A stretch of 64,000 nt of DNA from Oleiphilaceae bacterium (lineage in GTDB: Bacteria; Pseudomonadota; Gammaproteobacteria; Pseudomonadales; Oleiphilaceae): positions 5,669 to 69,668 of the forward strand of contig JAGXLV010000004.1 in NCBI GenBank assembly GCA_018334495.1, given 5' to 3'. A program made the translations under genes and the position numbers. Below, one piece after another: positions 47,965 through 58,269 of this stretch; the stretch's first letter is position 1, and each line of letters begins with the position of its first letter. The notes under the pieces were generated by a model that was given only the letters and a program-made list of their open reading frames with translations, did no database searches and was not told the DNA's origin.

Positions 47965-48614
47965 CAGGTCACTTTTTTGGCTTCTGTGGACCAGTTGCTA
48001 AAGCCTCGTGAAGAAGAAAACGCCTTGAGCTTTTCCCGGTCTTCGTCAGACGGATTGGCAATCTGATCAATGGTTGTAATACCCGCGTCCTTCAGTTTTT
48101 TCTCGGTCGCAGGTCCGATGCCTTTCACTTGGGTCAGGCCAGTTCTGTCTGCCGCCGGCTTGGGAGCCGCGGGAGGGGTTTTTTTCTTCGGGGCCGGCGC
48201 TTTCTTTTCGGCCTTGGAAGGCAGAGCCTGTTCGGATTTTGAGGGCGAAGTTTCCGTCGGTTCACCCGGCAGATTGCCCTTCACTTTCTTGCCTGCTTTA
48301 CCGGTGGTTTTTTTGGCTTCTTTTTTGGCATCGCGAGCAGCAACGCCCAGGCGCTCCATCATGTTTTCCCGGAACTCGTAGAGTTCGTTGCGCCGTCGAT
48401 CCAGCTCCGCACTCAGGCGTTTCAATTCGCGCTCGCGCACCCGGTCAAAATCACCGGCCATTTTGCGTATGGGCTCTTCGATCTGGGCCTGCAGCGACTC
48501 GACTTTCTTGAGCGCCTTGCCGACCATTTTTTCGACCTTGGATGAGGTCTTCTCGAATTCCTTGTTAATGTCTTTAACGATCTTGTCCGTACCCTGTTTA
48601 CGTTTCTTCGCCAT
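47964..48614 (-). CDS. Coiled-coil / Lys-Ala-Pro linker / helix-hairpin-helix protein
   Basis: Helical N-terminus, KKAPAPKKK linker and LTQVKGIGPATEKKL HhH motif; the stop overlaps the selD ATG by 1 nt. Confidence 0.75.
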   Translation of the reverse strand: MAKKRKQGTDKIVKDINKEFEKTSSKVEKMVGKALKKVESLQAQIEEPIRKMAGDFDRVRERELKRLSAELDRRRNELYEFRENMMERLGVAARDAKKEAKKTTGKAGKKVKGNLPGEPTETSPSKSEQALPSKAEKKAPAPKKKTPPAAPKPAADRTGLTQVKGIGPATEKKLKDAGITTIDQIANPSDEDREKLKAFSSSRGFSNWSTEAKKVT

Positions 48615-48728
48615 GGTGACGACTCCTTATCCGAGGATTAACCTGCAAGAGCCCGACAGACACATACCACTTTAAAGCGTGATTGGATGACTGTTTCGGG
48701 ATTTTCTTCACGATCGGGCCTGCTTGGC

Positions 48729-49145
48729 TCAGGCGCTTTGTTTCAGGCCGGCAGTTGCTCTGTTACGGCGCGACCTTAATGACTGTTTTTTGGTCAGAAT
48801 GCGGCAGATCCGCTCAAGTCTGTTTTGAGTCGCGTTGGCGGAACGGGAGCCAAAGTCGATAAAATCAACCAAATAGAAAAAATTGCTACAGTGCTTTTTA
48901 CGTTCGGTGATCAATGCGCTCAAAGCCGAGGCGTCCACGTTTTCAAACGGCATGGTCATAACCAGATCCAGTAACAACGTGTCGCCCGGATTAAACAATT
49001 TGTCAGTCTTGAAAATACAGGTGTGTTGATCCAGGGCATAGACCTTTGCTTCGACTTTTTCAGTCCGAAACAGGCCCCGCTTCACTTTGAAGCGGGCGAT
49101 AAGGTCCGGGAGCGGCTGGTGGGAAGTTTGAATGCTATTTTTCAT
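48729..49145 (-). CDS. Hypothetical protein (possibly PilZ-like)
   Basis: Intact 138-aa ORF filling the gap; the fold is a guess. Confidence 0.55.
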   Translation of the reverse strand: MKNSIQTSHQPLPDLIARFKVKRGLFRTEKVEAKVYALDQHTCIFKTDKLFNPGDTLLLDLVMTMPFENVDASALSALITERKKHCSNFFYLVDFIDFGSRSANATQNRLERICRILTKKQSLRSRRNRATAGLKQSA

Positions 49146-49288
49146 GGTTCCGATTATTGCCGGGGCCGGCCGCTCAAGTGCGATCAGCGGCGCTACCCTC
49201 TGTTATTTGTATCAATTGCTCAACAATAGCCAGATCAAACACATTTGGCAAACACGGCTCTGCGCGTTCCCTTTGTTGCATTCGCCGG

Positions 49289-50854
49289 TCAACCTTCTTC
49301 GTTGGCTTCGTCCTCTGGAGAAGCACTCAGACTGAACTGAGGCGCTACATGATACATGTCGGTGCGCCGATCCTTGAGATTGGTGACTGAGCCCTCGTCG
49401 CGCACCAGGGTGAGCTTTTCCAGATCCAGGTCCGAGAACATCATCATTTCCGTATTGGGCGTGGTTTCGGCCATCACCGCATCATGGGGGAATGCAAAGT
49501 CAGACGGCGAGAACACAGAGGACTGGGCATACTGAATGTCCAGATTCTCGACTTTCGGAAGGTTGCCGACACTGCCCGTAATGACCACGTAGCACTCGTT
49601 TTCGATGGCTCTGGCCTGAGCGCAGTGACGCACCCGAAGGTAGCTGTTCTTGGTGTCGGTCCAGAAGGGCACGCAGATGATGTCGACGCCCTGGCTCGCC
49701 GCAAGACGGCCCAGTTCCGGAAACTCGATGTCGTAGCAGATCATGATGGCGACACGGCCGGCATCGGTTTCGAAGACTTCAAACTTGTCGCCGCCCTCGA
49801 TAACCCAGTCCCGGCGTTCGTGAGGCGTGATGTGGATTTTGCGCTGCTCATCGACCCGGCCATCGCGATGACAAAGGTAGGACACATTGAATACCCGGTC
49901 ATCGACCAGCAGCGGCATGGAGCCTGTCACAATGTTGATGTTGTAACTGACCGCCAGGTCCGACATGCGGTCGCGAAACTGTTTGGTGAAGCCTGCCAGA
50001 AAGCGCACCGCGCGGGTCTGATCGACCTGATCAGTCAAACCCATGAGGGGCGCGTTAAAAAACTCCGGAAAGAGCGCAAAGTCGCTTTTGTAATTCGACA
50101 GGGCATCAACGAAGTATTCGACCTGCTCCAGTACTTCCTCGACGGAGTGAAATTCCCGCATTTGCCACTGTACGGCGCCCATGCGTACCTGGGTTTTCCG
50201 GACATCCAGTATAGATGAGGGTGGGGTGTAGAGGATGTTGTTCCACTCGAGAAGAGTCGCGTAACCCAATGATTTCTCGTCTTCCGGCAGATATTTATGC
50301 ATCAGCCGCTTGACCTGGAACTCGTTGGAAAGCTGAAAACTCAGGATCGGGTCGTAGATCGCCTTGCGGTCTACTTGCTCTATATATTCGGCTGGCGAAA
50401 ACTGGTCGGCGTACTTGTGATAGCTGGGGATTCGACCACCGGCCAATATGGCACGCAGGTTCATGGAGCGGCAAAGCTCTTTGCGAGCCTCGTACAGACG
50501 CCGACCCAGTCGGTAGCCGCGATAATCCGGATGGATGAACACGTCCAGACCGTAAAGTGCGTCGCCGGTATCCTTATGCCGTATCTTGTCGTTGGCGAGG
50601 ATCAAGTCGTCATAGGTATGCGGGTTGCTGAACCGGTCGTACTTGACCTTCACGGTCAGGGCGACGGCGATCAACTCGCCTGAATCCTCGATGCAGATCT
50701 GTCCATCCGGAAACTGTTCTACCAGCTCCTTGATGGTTTCCCTGGGCCAGGCCCCGCCTATGTCATCGTAGATCCGATCCATCAGAATCTTGAGCTGGGG
50801 ATAGTCCTCCAGCTTGAGGTTTCTGAGGTTCAGTTGCAGATCTTCATGCGCCAT
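49289..50854 (-). CDS. Bifunctional GNAT acetyltransferase / carbon-nitrogen hydrolase
   Basis: N-terminal DVFIHPDYRGYRLGRRL, then the nitrilase triad FPEF, QRKIH and ICYDIEFPE. Confidence 0.9.
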   Translation of the reverse strand: MAHEDLQLNLRNLKLEDYPQLKILMDRIYDDIGGAWPRETIKELVEQFPDGQICIEDSGELIAVALTVKVKYDRFSNPHTYDDLILANDKIRHKDTGDALYGLDVFIHPDYRGYRLGRRLYEARKELCRSMNLRAILAGGRIPSYHKYADQFSPAEYIEQVDRKAIYDPILSFQLSNEFQVKRLMHKYLPEDEKSLGYATLLEWNNILYTPPSSILDVRKTQVRMGAVQWQMREFHSVEEVLEQVEYFVDALSNYKSDFALFPEFFNAPLMGLTDQVDQTRAVRFLAGFTKQFRDRMSDLAVSYNINIVTGSMPLLVDDRVFNVSYLCHRDGRVDEQRKIHITPHERRDWVIEGGDKFEVFETDAGRVAIMICYDIEFPELGRLAASQGVDIICVPFWTDTKNSYLRVRHCAQARAIENECYVVITGSVGNLPKVENLDIQYAQSSVFSPSDFAFPHDAVMAETTPNTEMMMFSDLDLEKLTLVRDEGSVTNLKDRRTDMYHVAPQFSLSASPEDEANEEG

Positions 50855-51098
50855 AAAGGCCAGACTCCTTTGATTTTGAATACTCCCGGCATGGCCACCG
50901 GCCCCGTTTCATGAAAAATGGGGCGACAATGCCTGGTTCGGTATAAAGCGGTTATTTTAACAGAAGCCACCGTAGACTTCGCCCATAGCGCCGATATCTC
51001 CTATGGATGCGGCCCCTGATTTGCCCCCGCCGGCGCTTGAGCACAGCGGGCGCCCCTGCAATGATGGGTTATGAATGATTTAACGCTTGGAGGATAGA

Positions 51099-51674
51099 AT
51101 GGCTTTAATGGATCGCGTTATTGGCGTTACCGGGCGATGGCTGGCTAAGGCCGACTCCGAGGCAACGCCGCTTCGGCCCCTGGCCTGGGCCAGAAAAACC
51201 ACCGGCTATCTGGCGGTGAACCGGCTTATCGGGATGGCCATACCCTTTGCCACTCGCAATGGCTTTAGCGTGGAGGAAGTGCGCCCCGGCTACGTTCGGG
51301 CGCGTATTCGCCTGAAGGGCAACAAGAACCACTTTGGCAGCCTCTATGCGGGCGCCTACTTTCTGGTCGCGGAAATTCCTGGTGGGGTTTTGTCTCTGTT
51401 CGATCTCGGGCCGGCTTACACGCCCATACTCAAGGAAATGACGCTGCAATTTCTCAAGCCGGCCGACTCGGATGTGACTGTGGAATTTAACATGGACAGC
51501 AAAACCATCGACGCCATCAAGACGGAGGCTGATTACACCGGCCGGGCCGCCTTCTCCCTTGAGGGCCAGTTATACGATGACACGGGCGAGCTGGTCGCCA
51601 TTTCCATCGCTCATTACCGGGTGAGGCGCAAAGGCTTCGAGAGCGACAAGGCCGGCGGCGCCACTCTTTCCTGA
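51099..51674 (+). CDS. Hotdog-fold (PaaI/YiiD-C, DUF4442-like) thioesterase-family protein
   Basis: NKNHFGSLYAGA and EIPGG motifs; GGAGG RBS before the ATG at 51099. Confidence 0.75.
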   Translation: MALMDRVIGVTGRWLAKADSEATPLRPLAWARKTTGYLAVNRLIGMAIPFATRNGFSVEEVRPGYVRARIRLKGNKNHFGSLYAGAYFLVAEIPGGVLSLFDLGPAYTPILKEMTLQFLKPADSDVTVEFNMDSKTIDAIKTEADYTGRAAFSLEGQLYDDTGELVAISIAHYRVRRKGFESDKAGGATLS

Positions 51675-51711
51675 AGTGAGACTCTTACAGTCGGATTCAG
51701 AAGGGGGAGCC

Positions 51712-53559
51712 TCAGGCCGAGGCGGCGTCAAGCTCTGCCAGGGCGCTGAGGAAGGCCTCGCCGTACCGCTCCAGCTTGGCCCTGCCGACGCCATTTATGT
51801 CCGCCAGTTGCGCCAGTGATGCCGGCCGCTGTTCCAGAATATCGAACAGCGTGGTGTCGTGAAAGATGACATAGGGAGGCACACCCTGTTCGTCCGCTAA
51901 AGCCTTGCGGCAGGCCCTCAGGGCCTCCCAGCCGGTGGGGTCGGTGATGCGATCACGGACCCTGGCCTTGCCGCCCGCCGATGTCTTTTTAGCCACCGGG
52001 TCCTGGCGCAGGTCCACTTGGACCTCGCCCTTCAATAAGGGACGGCAGGTTTCGGTGAGCTGCAAGGCGCCATAGCCCTCGGGGTCGGCCCGCAGGTAAC
52101 CGTTGGCCACCAGTTGCCGAAACACCGATTTCCAGTCAGTGACACTGAGGTCTCCACCAATACCGTAAGTCGACACCGCCTGATGGCCGAACTGGCGGAT
52201 GCGCTCATTATCGGAGCCGCGCAGCACATCGATGAGGTAACTGACGCCGAATCTTTGCCCGGTGCGGAAGACGCACGACAGCGCTTTTTGAACCGCTATC
52301 GTGCCGTCCCAGGTCTGAGGGGGTGTGATACAGGTGTCGCAGTTGCCACAAGGCTGCTCCATGACATCACCGAAGTATCGCAATAACGCCTGGCGCCGGC
52401 AGCTGGTGATTTCGCACAGACCCAGCATGGCATCCAGTTTCTGGCGCTCAACCCGCTTGAAATGATCATTGGCCGCCGATCCTTCCAGCATCTGGCGCAG
52501 CTTGATCACGTCCTGCAGGCCGTAAACCATCCATGCGGTTGATGGGTTGCCGTCCCGACCCGCGCGTCCTGTTTCCTGATAGTAGGCCTCCAGACTCTTG
52601 GGCAGGTCCAGGTGAGCGACGAAGCGAACATCGGGCTTATCGATACCCATGCCAAACGCGATGGTGGCTACAATGATGACACCGTCTTCCCGCAGAAATC
52701 GTTCCTGGTGCTGTGCCCGCTGCTCTGCGGGCAATCCGGCGTGATAGGGCAGGGCTTCATGGCCTTTGCCCTGAAGAAGCTTCGCGGTGGCCTCGACTTT
52801 ATTCCGGGAAAGGCAATACACGATCCCGGAATCGCCTTCATGCTCAACTTTAATAAAATCCAATAACTGTTTGTTGGCATTGGTTTTCGGCGCAATCCGG
52901 TATTGAATATTGGGGCGATCAAAGCCGCTGACAAAATGCCGGGCGTCTACCAGTGACAGGCGCTCTGCAATTTCACGCCGGGTGCGCTCGTCCGCGGTGG
53001 CGGTCAGCGCAATGCGGGGCACCTGGGCAAAATCCCGGGCCAGTATATCCAGACCCAGGTAATCTGAGCGAAAGTCGTGACCCCATTGCGACACGCAGTG
53101 GGCCTCATCAATAGCAAAAAGCGAAACCGAGGCCTGGTGAAGCAGATCCAGAGTGCGGGGTTGCAGCAGGCGCTCAGGGGCGCAGTAAAGCAGGTCGATT
53201 TCCCCTGTCAGTAAGGCGTTTTCGGTGTCACGGGCCTGCTGGTAATCCATGGTGGAATTGAGGAACGCCGCCCGAACGCCAAGCTGTTGCAGCGCCGCCA
53301 CCTGGTCCTGCATCAGTGCGATCAGGGGCGATATAATGATACCGGTGCCCGGCCGCACCAGAGCCGGGACCTGATAACACAGGGATTTGCCGCCACCGGT
53401 GGGCATCAGCACCAGAGCATTGCCGCCGGCGACAATTTCCTGGATGACCTCGCCCTGCAGAGGTCGAAAAGTGTCGTAGCCAAATACCCGGTGCAGTATT
53501 GCCTCGGGCGATGCCAGGTTCGCATCGGGTTGCTCACTGCTGAGGTTTTCAAAATCCAT
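51712..53559 (-). CDS. recQ: DNA helicase RecQ
   Basis: [21 protein letters not shown] and [12 protein letters not shown] motifs, with RQC and HRDC domains. Confidence 0.96.
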   Translation of the reverse strand: MDFENLSSEQPDANLASPEAILHRVFGYDTFRPLQGEVIQEIVAGGNALVLMPTGGGKSLCYQVPALVRPGTGIIISPLIALMQDQVAALQQLGVRAAFLNSTMDYQQARDTENALLTGEIDLLYCAPERLLQPRTLDLLHQASVSLFAIDEAHCVSQWGHDFRSDYLGLDILARDFAQVPRIALTATADERTRREIAERLSLVDARHFVSGFDRPNIQYRIAPKTNANKQLLDFIKVEHEGDSGIVYCLSRNKVEATAKLLQGKGHEALPYHAGLPAEQRAQHQERFLREDGVIIVATIAFGMGIDKPDVRFVAHLDLPKSLEAYYQETGRAGRDGNPSTAWMVYGLQDVIKLRQMLEGSAANDHFKRVERQKLDAMLGLCEITSCRRQALLRYFGDVMEQPCGNCDTCITPPQTWDGTIAVQKALSCVFRTGQRFGVSYLIDVLRGSDNERIRQFGHQAVSTYGIGGDLSVTDWKSVFRQLVANGYLRADPEGYGALQLTETCRPLLKGEVQVDLRQDPVAKKTSAGGKARVRDRITDPTGWEALRACRKALADEQGVPPYVIFHDTTLFDILEQRPASLAQLADINGVGRAKLERYGEAFLSALAELDAASA

Positions 53560-53661
53560 GGAAAAAGTGCCCGTATGACGGAAAGCTGGCAGTATCTGAA
53601 TGTACTGCGATCACGAATGATAACAGAGTGCTACTCGGGGTTGAGACGAAAAGGGATTAAG

Positions 53662-54681
53662 CTACCCCTTCTGTTTATCGCCGCCAAGCCCGAGGCAATC
53701 GTCGGTCACGCAATCGGATGAACTGCGCGTGGAGGCCTGGGAGATCTGGCTGCTGGCCGGCAGGCTGCGGGTAAGCCAGACGTTGCCGCCAATCACCGAC
53801 TCCTTGCCAATCGTGATTCGGCCCAGAATCGTGGCGCCAGCGTAGATGACCACATCGTCCTCGACGATCGGATGCCGTGGCTCGCCCTTCTTCAGGGAGC
53901 CGCTTTCGTCTTCAGGGAAGCGCACCGCCCCCAGTGTGACAGCCTGATACAGCCGCACCCGGTTGCCGATAATGGCAGTTTCTCCAATGACGACACCGGT
54001 ACCGTGATCAATAAAGAATTCCTGGCCGATGGTGGCCCCGGGATGAATATCAATGCCCGTTGCGGAGTGGGCCTTTTCCGAAATAATGCGGGCAATCAGC
54101 GGAAGCCCGAGGCGGTAAAATTCATGGGCGACACGGTGGTAGATGATGGCGTATACCCCTGGGTAACAGATCAGCACCTCATCGACACAGGTAGCGGCCG
54201 GATCGCCGCGAAAAGCCGCAGTCACATCCAGATCAAGAATTTTGCGAATGCCCGGCAGCCGCTTGGAGAAACTGCTGACAACCGAATGAGGGTCGGCATC
54301 CGGCTCGCCCGCTTTCTTATAGCCAAGCTCCAGACCAACCTGGGTGCAAAAGACATTCAGAACATTATTGAGCATGTAGCCCACGTAGTGATCTTCGCCT
54401 TCTTTATTGAGTTCCGGCGGCCCCAGGCGCATAGGAAAGAGAACCCCGCAGAGCGTATCCATGGCCTGATGAATGGCCGCGTGGGAGGGCAGTTCGCGGC
54501 TGCCCAGCTCAAGTTCCCGGCCGTGCTTTTGACGCCACTGGTGGCGGGCATCGCGCAGGCTCTCGATGACAGGTTCCAGGTTCCAATCGGTGACGGGAGT
54601 CCGGGGCCTCGCGCTGATCGGGCCGGTGGGACCGACTTCCTTTCTCGCTTCGGCCTCGGCCGCCTCTGGCGTCTTTGTCAT
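53662..54681 (-). CDS. Serine O-acetyltransferase (EpsC/SrpH type)
   Basis: GDPAA, GIDIHPGA, IDHGTGVVIGET, YQAVTLG and RHP motifs; true start at the ATG at 54681. Confidence 0.88.
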   Translation of the reverse strand: MTKTPEAAEAEARKEVGPTGPISARPRTPVTDWNLEPVIESLRDARHQWRQKHGRELELGSRELPSHAAIHQAMDTLCGVLFPMRLGPPELNKEGEDHYVGYMLNNVLNVFCTQVGLELGYKKAGEPDADPHSVVSSFSKRLPGIRKILDLDVTAAFRGDPAATCVDEVLICYPGVYAIIYHRVAHEFYRLGLPLIARIISEKAHSATGIDIHPGATIGQEFFIDHGTGVVIGETAIIGNRVRLYQAVTLGAVRFPEDESGSLKKGEPRHPIVEDDVVIYAGATILGRITIGKESVIGGNVWLTRSLPASSQISQASTRSSSDCVTDDCLGLGGDKQKG

Positions 54682-54860
54682 TTCGTGTCTCCTGTTAACA
54701 CGCGTATACGAATTGCGTTCTGGCCGTTCATGATAATGATTTCGCCGGTCGCAGGCGACTCTTGTACAGCACCAGACTGCAGCTGGCACTGTTATACAGT
54801 ACAATCTTCGCAGCGACAGAGTCTGTCCATTTAATGCCCACCGAATCAAGCGAGGCAATT

Positions 54861-55526
54861 GTGAGCTACCTGAAAGCGATCGAAATAGAAACCCGACCAT
54901 CCCCCGACGCTGCGGTTATATGGTTGCATGGCCTGGGTGCCTCAGGCCATGACTTTGAACCGGTGGTCCCGCAGCTTCAGCTGCCAGCCGATGCCGCTGT
55001 GCGTTTTGTTTTTCCTCACGCGCCCATGTTGCCCATTACGGTTAACGGTGGCATGAGCATGCCGGCCTGGTACGACATCAAGGCCATGGATGTGGATCGC
55101 GCCATCGATACCGACCAGCTTATGGCTTCTGCCGCGGAAATCGACAAGCTGATCGAACGGGAGCGGGAACGTGGTGTTGCCAACGAGCGCATTGTTATTG
55201 CCGGTTTTTCCCAGGGCGGTGCTGTCGCCTACCAGGTCGGGCTTTCGTACCCCGAGAGGCTGGCCGGAATCCTGGGGCTTTCCACCTATTTTGCCACGGC
55301 CGGGAATATTCACCCATCAGACGCCAACCGGGACATTCCGATCAAGGTTTATCATGGCCTTCATGACCCCATGGTGCCCGAGGTGCTTGGGCGCCGCACC
55401 ATCGATAGCCTGAAAGCGATGGGCTACAAGCCGGAGTACAAGACCTACCCCATGGATCACAGTGTCTGCATGGAAGAAATCGTCGATATCGGACTTTTCC
55501 TCCGCCAGCACCTGAATCTGGTCTAG
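54861..55526 (+). CDS. Phospholipase/carboxylesterase (alpha/beta hydrolase)
   Basis: WLHGLGA, WYDI, GFSQGG and HG..D..HS triad; GTG start after GAGG. Confidence 0.9.
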   Translation: MSYLKAIEIETRPSPDAAVIWLHGLGASGHDFEPVVPQLQLPADAAVRFVFPHAPMLPITVNGGMSMPAWYDIKAMDVDRAIDTDQLMASAAEIDKLIERERERGVANERIVIAGFSQGGAVAYQVGLSYPERLAGILGLSTYFATAGNIHPSDANRDIPIKVYHGLHDPMVPEVLGRRTIDSLKAMGYKPEYKTYPMDHSVCMEEIVDIGLFLRQHLNLV

Positions 55527-55538
55527 CGGGTTAATTCG

Positions 55539-56990
55539 CTAACCTTTCCAAAAGCCGGGTGACAGGACGACCATCACGCTCAGCAACTCAAGGCGCCCGG
55601 CGATCATGCCAAAGCACAGGATCCACTTAACCTCGTCGGGAAGGCTCTGGAAATTGCCCGCCGGTCCAATGGTGTCACCCAACCCCGGGCCCACATTGGT
55701 CAGGGCGGTCAGTGTGCCTGAAAGGCTGGTGATGAAATCCAGTCCGAAAAAAGACAAGGCCATGGTGCCTGCCAGCAGGCAGGCCAGAAACATGAATGCG
55801 TAGGCGATCATCGAAGCGATTATCTCGTCACTGACCGCCCGGTCGTTATATTTTCGGGTCAGCACTGCCCGAGGATGCAGAAGACGCTTGAACTGTTCCC
55901 GCAAAACCATGAAGGAAAGCTGAAAACGGAAGATTTTCATGCCACCGGTGGTCGAGCCCGAGCAGCCGCCGACAAACATCAGAAAGAAAAAGCCGGCGAA
56001 CGCGAAGGGCCCCCAGAGCTGGTACTCTTCCGATGCGAAACCCGCGGTCGTCAGTATGGACGTTACATTGAACAGGGTTGCCGTGAACAATGAAAAGGGG
56101 TCGCCGGTCTCATTCCATAACCGATAGGTCGTCATGATCAGGGTCACCACAATGACCAGTAGCAGAAAGGCCCGAACCTGCTGATCGCGCCAGAGCACCC
56201 CATGCTGGCCGTTTATTTCCCGCACATAAAGAAAGAAAGGCAAGGCGCCAAGGATCAGGAAAAATGAAGCTTCCAGCATAAGCAGGTTGGAATCGGCGAA
56301 CTTGCCCATGGACTGGTCTGATGTGGAAAAGCCCCCGGTCGCTATGGTGGTGAAGCCGTGATTGACCGCATCAAAAACCGACATGCCGGAGGCAAGATAG
56401 GTCAACATGCAAAGAATGGTAAAGCTTACATATACAAAGACCAGGCCACGGCCCAGTGTCTTCATGCGGGGAAGGGCTTTATCCGTCCATTCCGAGGACT
56501 CAGTGGTGAACAAACGCATGCCGCCAATACCGAGGGCAGGCAAAACCGCGACGAACATGCCGATAATACCAATACCGCCTATCCACTGCAGGATGGAGCG
56601 CCAGTACAGAATGTCGGGAGACATTTCGTCGAGGCCGCTAAAGACCGTTGAGCCGGTGGTGGTGATGCCCGATACGGATTCAAACAACGCATCGGTGACG
56701 GAGAGATTCAGGTCGCTGAAGTACAGGGGAACCGCAGCAAACAGGGAGATCAGGAACCAGCTACTAATGGTGAGGATAAACATGTAGCGTGGCTTGAGAT
56801 AACGGGAGTGGCCCCGCGTCATCAGCATACCAATCAGGGCCAGTGTAAACACACCCGTAGCGGAAAACAGAAATGCCTCGGCGTTGGGACTGTCAGTAAA
56901 GCCCACAAAGGCCACCGGCAAAATCATGAAGACGCTGAGGAGGGCCAGCATGATGCTAATGATAAAGGTTACGGGTGAAAGATCTTTCAT
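55539..56990 (-). CDS. trkH: TrkH family potassium uptake permease
   Basis: ESVSGITTTGS, TTGGFS, FVGGCSGSTTGGMK and NVGPG pore-loop motifs. Confidence 0.93.
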   Translation of the reverse strand: MKDLSPVTFIISIMLALLSVFMILPVAFVGFTDSPNAEAFLFSATGVFTLALIGMLMTRGHSRYLKPRYMFILTISSWFLISLFAAVPLYFSDLNLSVTDALFESVSGITTTGSTVFSGLDEMSPDILYWRSILQWIGGIGIIGMFVAVLPALGIGGMRLFTTESSEWTDKALPRMKTLGRGLVFVYVSFTILCMLTYLASGMSVFDAVNHGFTTIATGGFSTSDQSMGKFADSNLLMLEASFFLILGALPFFLYVREINGQHGVLWRDQQVRAFLLLVIVVTLIMTTYRLWNETGDPFSLFTATLFNVTSILTTAGFASEEYQLWGPFAFAGFFFLMFVGGCSGSTTGGMKIFRFQLSFMVLREQFKRLLHPRAVLTRKYNDRAVSDEIIASMIAYAFMFLACLLAGTMALSFFGLDFITSLSGTLTALTNVGPGLGDTIGPAGNFQSLPDEVKWILCFGMIAGRLELLSVMVVLSPGFWKG

Positions 56991-57092
56991 CAGGACAAGG
57001 TCACTTCAGCAGAGTCAGCCTGGAACGACCGGTAGGTTACTCTCACATGAAGTTAAAATCGACACTGAGGACAAAAACGGAGGACTGTTTTC

Positions 57093-57665
57093 TTGAACCA
57101 TCTTGCGCACCTGTTTCTTTCACCGCCCAGCATGGAGGCGAGAGTCGGTAACCTGTTGGGCGATTTCGCTCGTGGCCTGAAGCCGGAAACCCTGCCACAG
57201 GAGGTGCAGACAGGTCTGAAATTTCATCGGGCCGTGGATTCCTTTACCGATCAGCATCCGGAAGTGCTTGCGGCGAAAACGGTGTTTTCGGCCCAGCGCC
57301 GGCGCTTCGCCGGGGTCGCGCTGGATGTATTGTTCGACCATTACCTGTTGCGCCACTGGGAGAAATTCGAGCGCAAACCGAGTTCCGTTTTTATTCGCGA
57401 AGCCTACGAGGATCTGGATCGAGGCCAATACCTCATGCCGACCCAGATGATCCGGGTGACCCAGCAAATGATTCGTCATGACTGGCTGAACTCCTACCGC
57501 AACCTGGACAACATCGGCTTCGCCCTGGACCGCATTGCTCAGCGCATCCGTTTCCCCAATCAATTTGCTGGCATCATCACCGAAATCAAAGCCAACGACC
57601 GCAAGCTGGAAACCCATTTTCTGAACTTCTTCCCTGAACTCATTGAATTTTATCAGAACCTGTAG
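57093..57665 (+). CDS. acpH: ACP phosphodiesterase (DUF479)
   Basis: MNHLAHL, GNLLGDF, HRAVDSFTD and DVLFDH motifs. Confidence 0.88.
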   Translation: MNHLAHLFLSPPSMEARVGNLLGDFARGLKPETLPQEVQTGLKFHRAVDSFTDQHPEVLAAKTVFSAQRRRFAGVALDVLFDHYLLRHWEKFERKPSSVFIREAYEDLDRGQYLMPTQMIRVTQQMIRHDWLNSYRNLDNIGFALDRIAQRIRFPNQFAGIITEIKANDRKLETHFLNFFPELIEFYQNL

Positions 57666-57692
57666 GCTCGATCCGGATCAAACAGCCTGACG

Positions 57693-58121
57693 TCAGGGCA
57701 ATACAGGGTTGGGTGGAATCGCGGGCTCGTCCGGGTCCGGCACCGGATCCACTTCACCGTCCATGCCGGGGCCTCTGGCCCGCAGGACAACTTTGCTCGC
57801 TTTCAGAGTGGGTGGTTCGGCCCCATCATCGGTCAGTCGTCCCGTTACGGTAACACGGTCCTCCTCCTCGATACTCCGCAGACCGGGCCGCTTCAACGGG
57901 TTATAGTCCATGTGGCTGGTATCCACGGTTAATAATCGCTCGCCACTGGTGAGCGTGAATATACGGCCATTAATGCTTTCGACCCGGCCGGTTACCGAAA
58001 CCTGACCCTCTGCTTCGCCTTGTCCGGATTCGCTGGCGCCAAATGCAAAAGCGGCAAACCCCGCCATCAGCGTCATAATAAAAAGGCTTGATACAATGCG
58101 GTGACTCGTTCCTCTATTCAT
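57693..58121 (-). CDS. Secreted OB-fold-like hypothetical protein
   Basis: Signal peptide; VSVTGRVE..DRVTVTGRL pattern; Pro-rich tail. Confidence 0.6.
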   Translation of the reverse strand: MNRGTSHRIVSSLFIMTLMAGFAAFAFGASESGQGEAEGQVSVTGRVESINGRIFTLTSGERLLTVDTSHMDYNPLKRPGLRSIEEEDRVTVTGRLTDDGAEPPTLKASKVVLRARGPGMDGEVDPVPDPDEPAIPPNPVLP

Positions 58122-58215
58122 AGCTGCCCCCTATCCGATCCCTGGTTCGCAATGCCTGCGATCTTATTGATAAAGATGCTGATGATTTACCCGTTATCAA
58201 CCATTTGGCCATCAG

Positions 58216-58249
58216 AAATAAAAAAACCGGCTGTTGCAGCCGGTTTTTC
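58216..58249 (-). terminator. Intrinsic (probably bidirectional) terminator after glgP
   Basis: AAAAACCGGCTG-TTG-CAGCCGGTTTTT hairpin with A/T runs on both sides. Confidence 0.8.
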
Positions 58250-58269
58250 AGAGACTCAGGTTTTCTGTC

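Noticed and set aside
53872-54834. Long antisense ORFs (also 40645-41538, 9648-10457, 49484-50218, 62918-63652)
   Set aside because: They lie opposite well-supported genes, show no motifs, and are expected shadow ORFs in GC-rich coding DNA.
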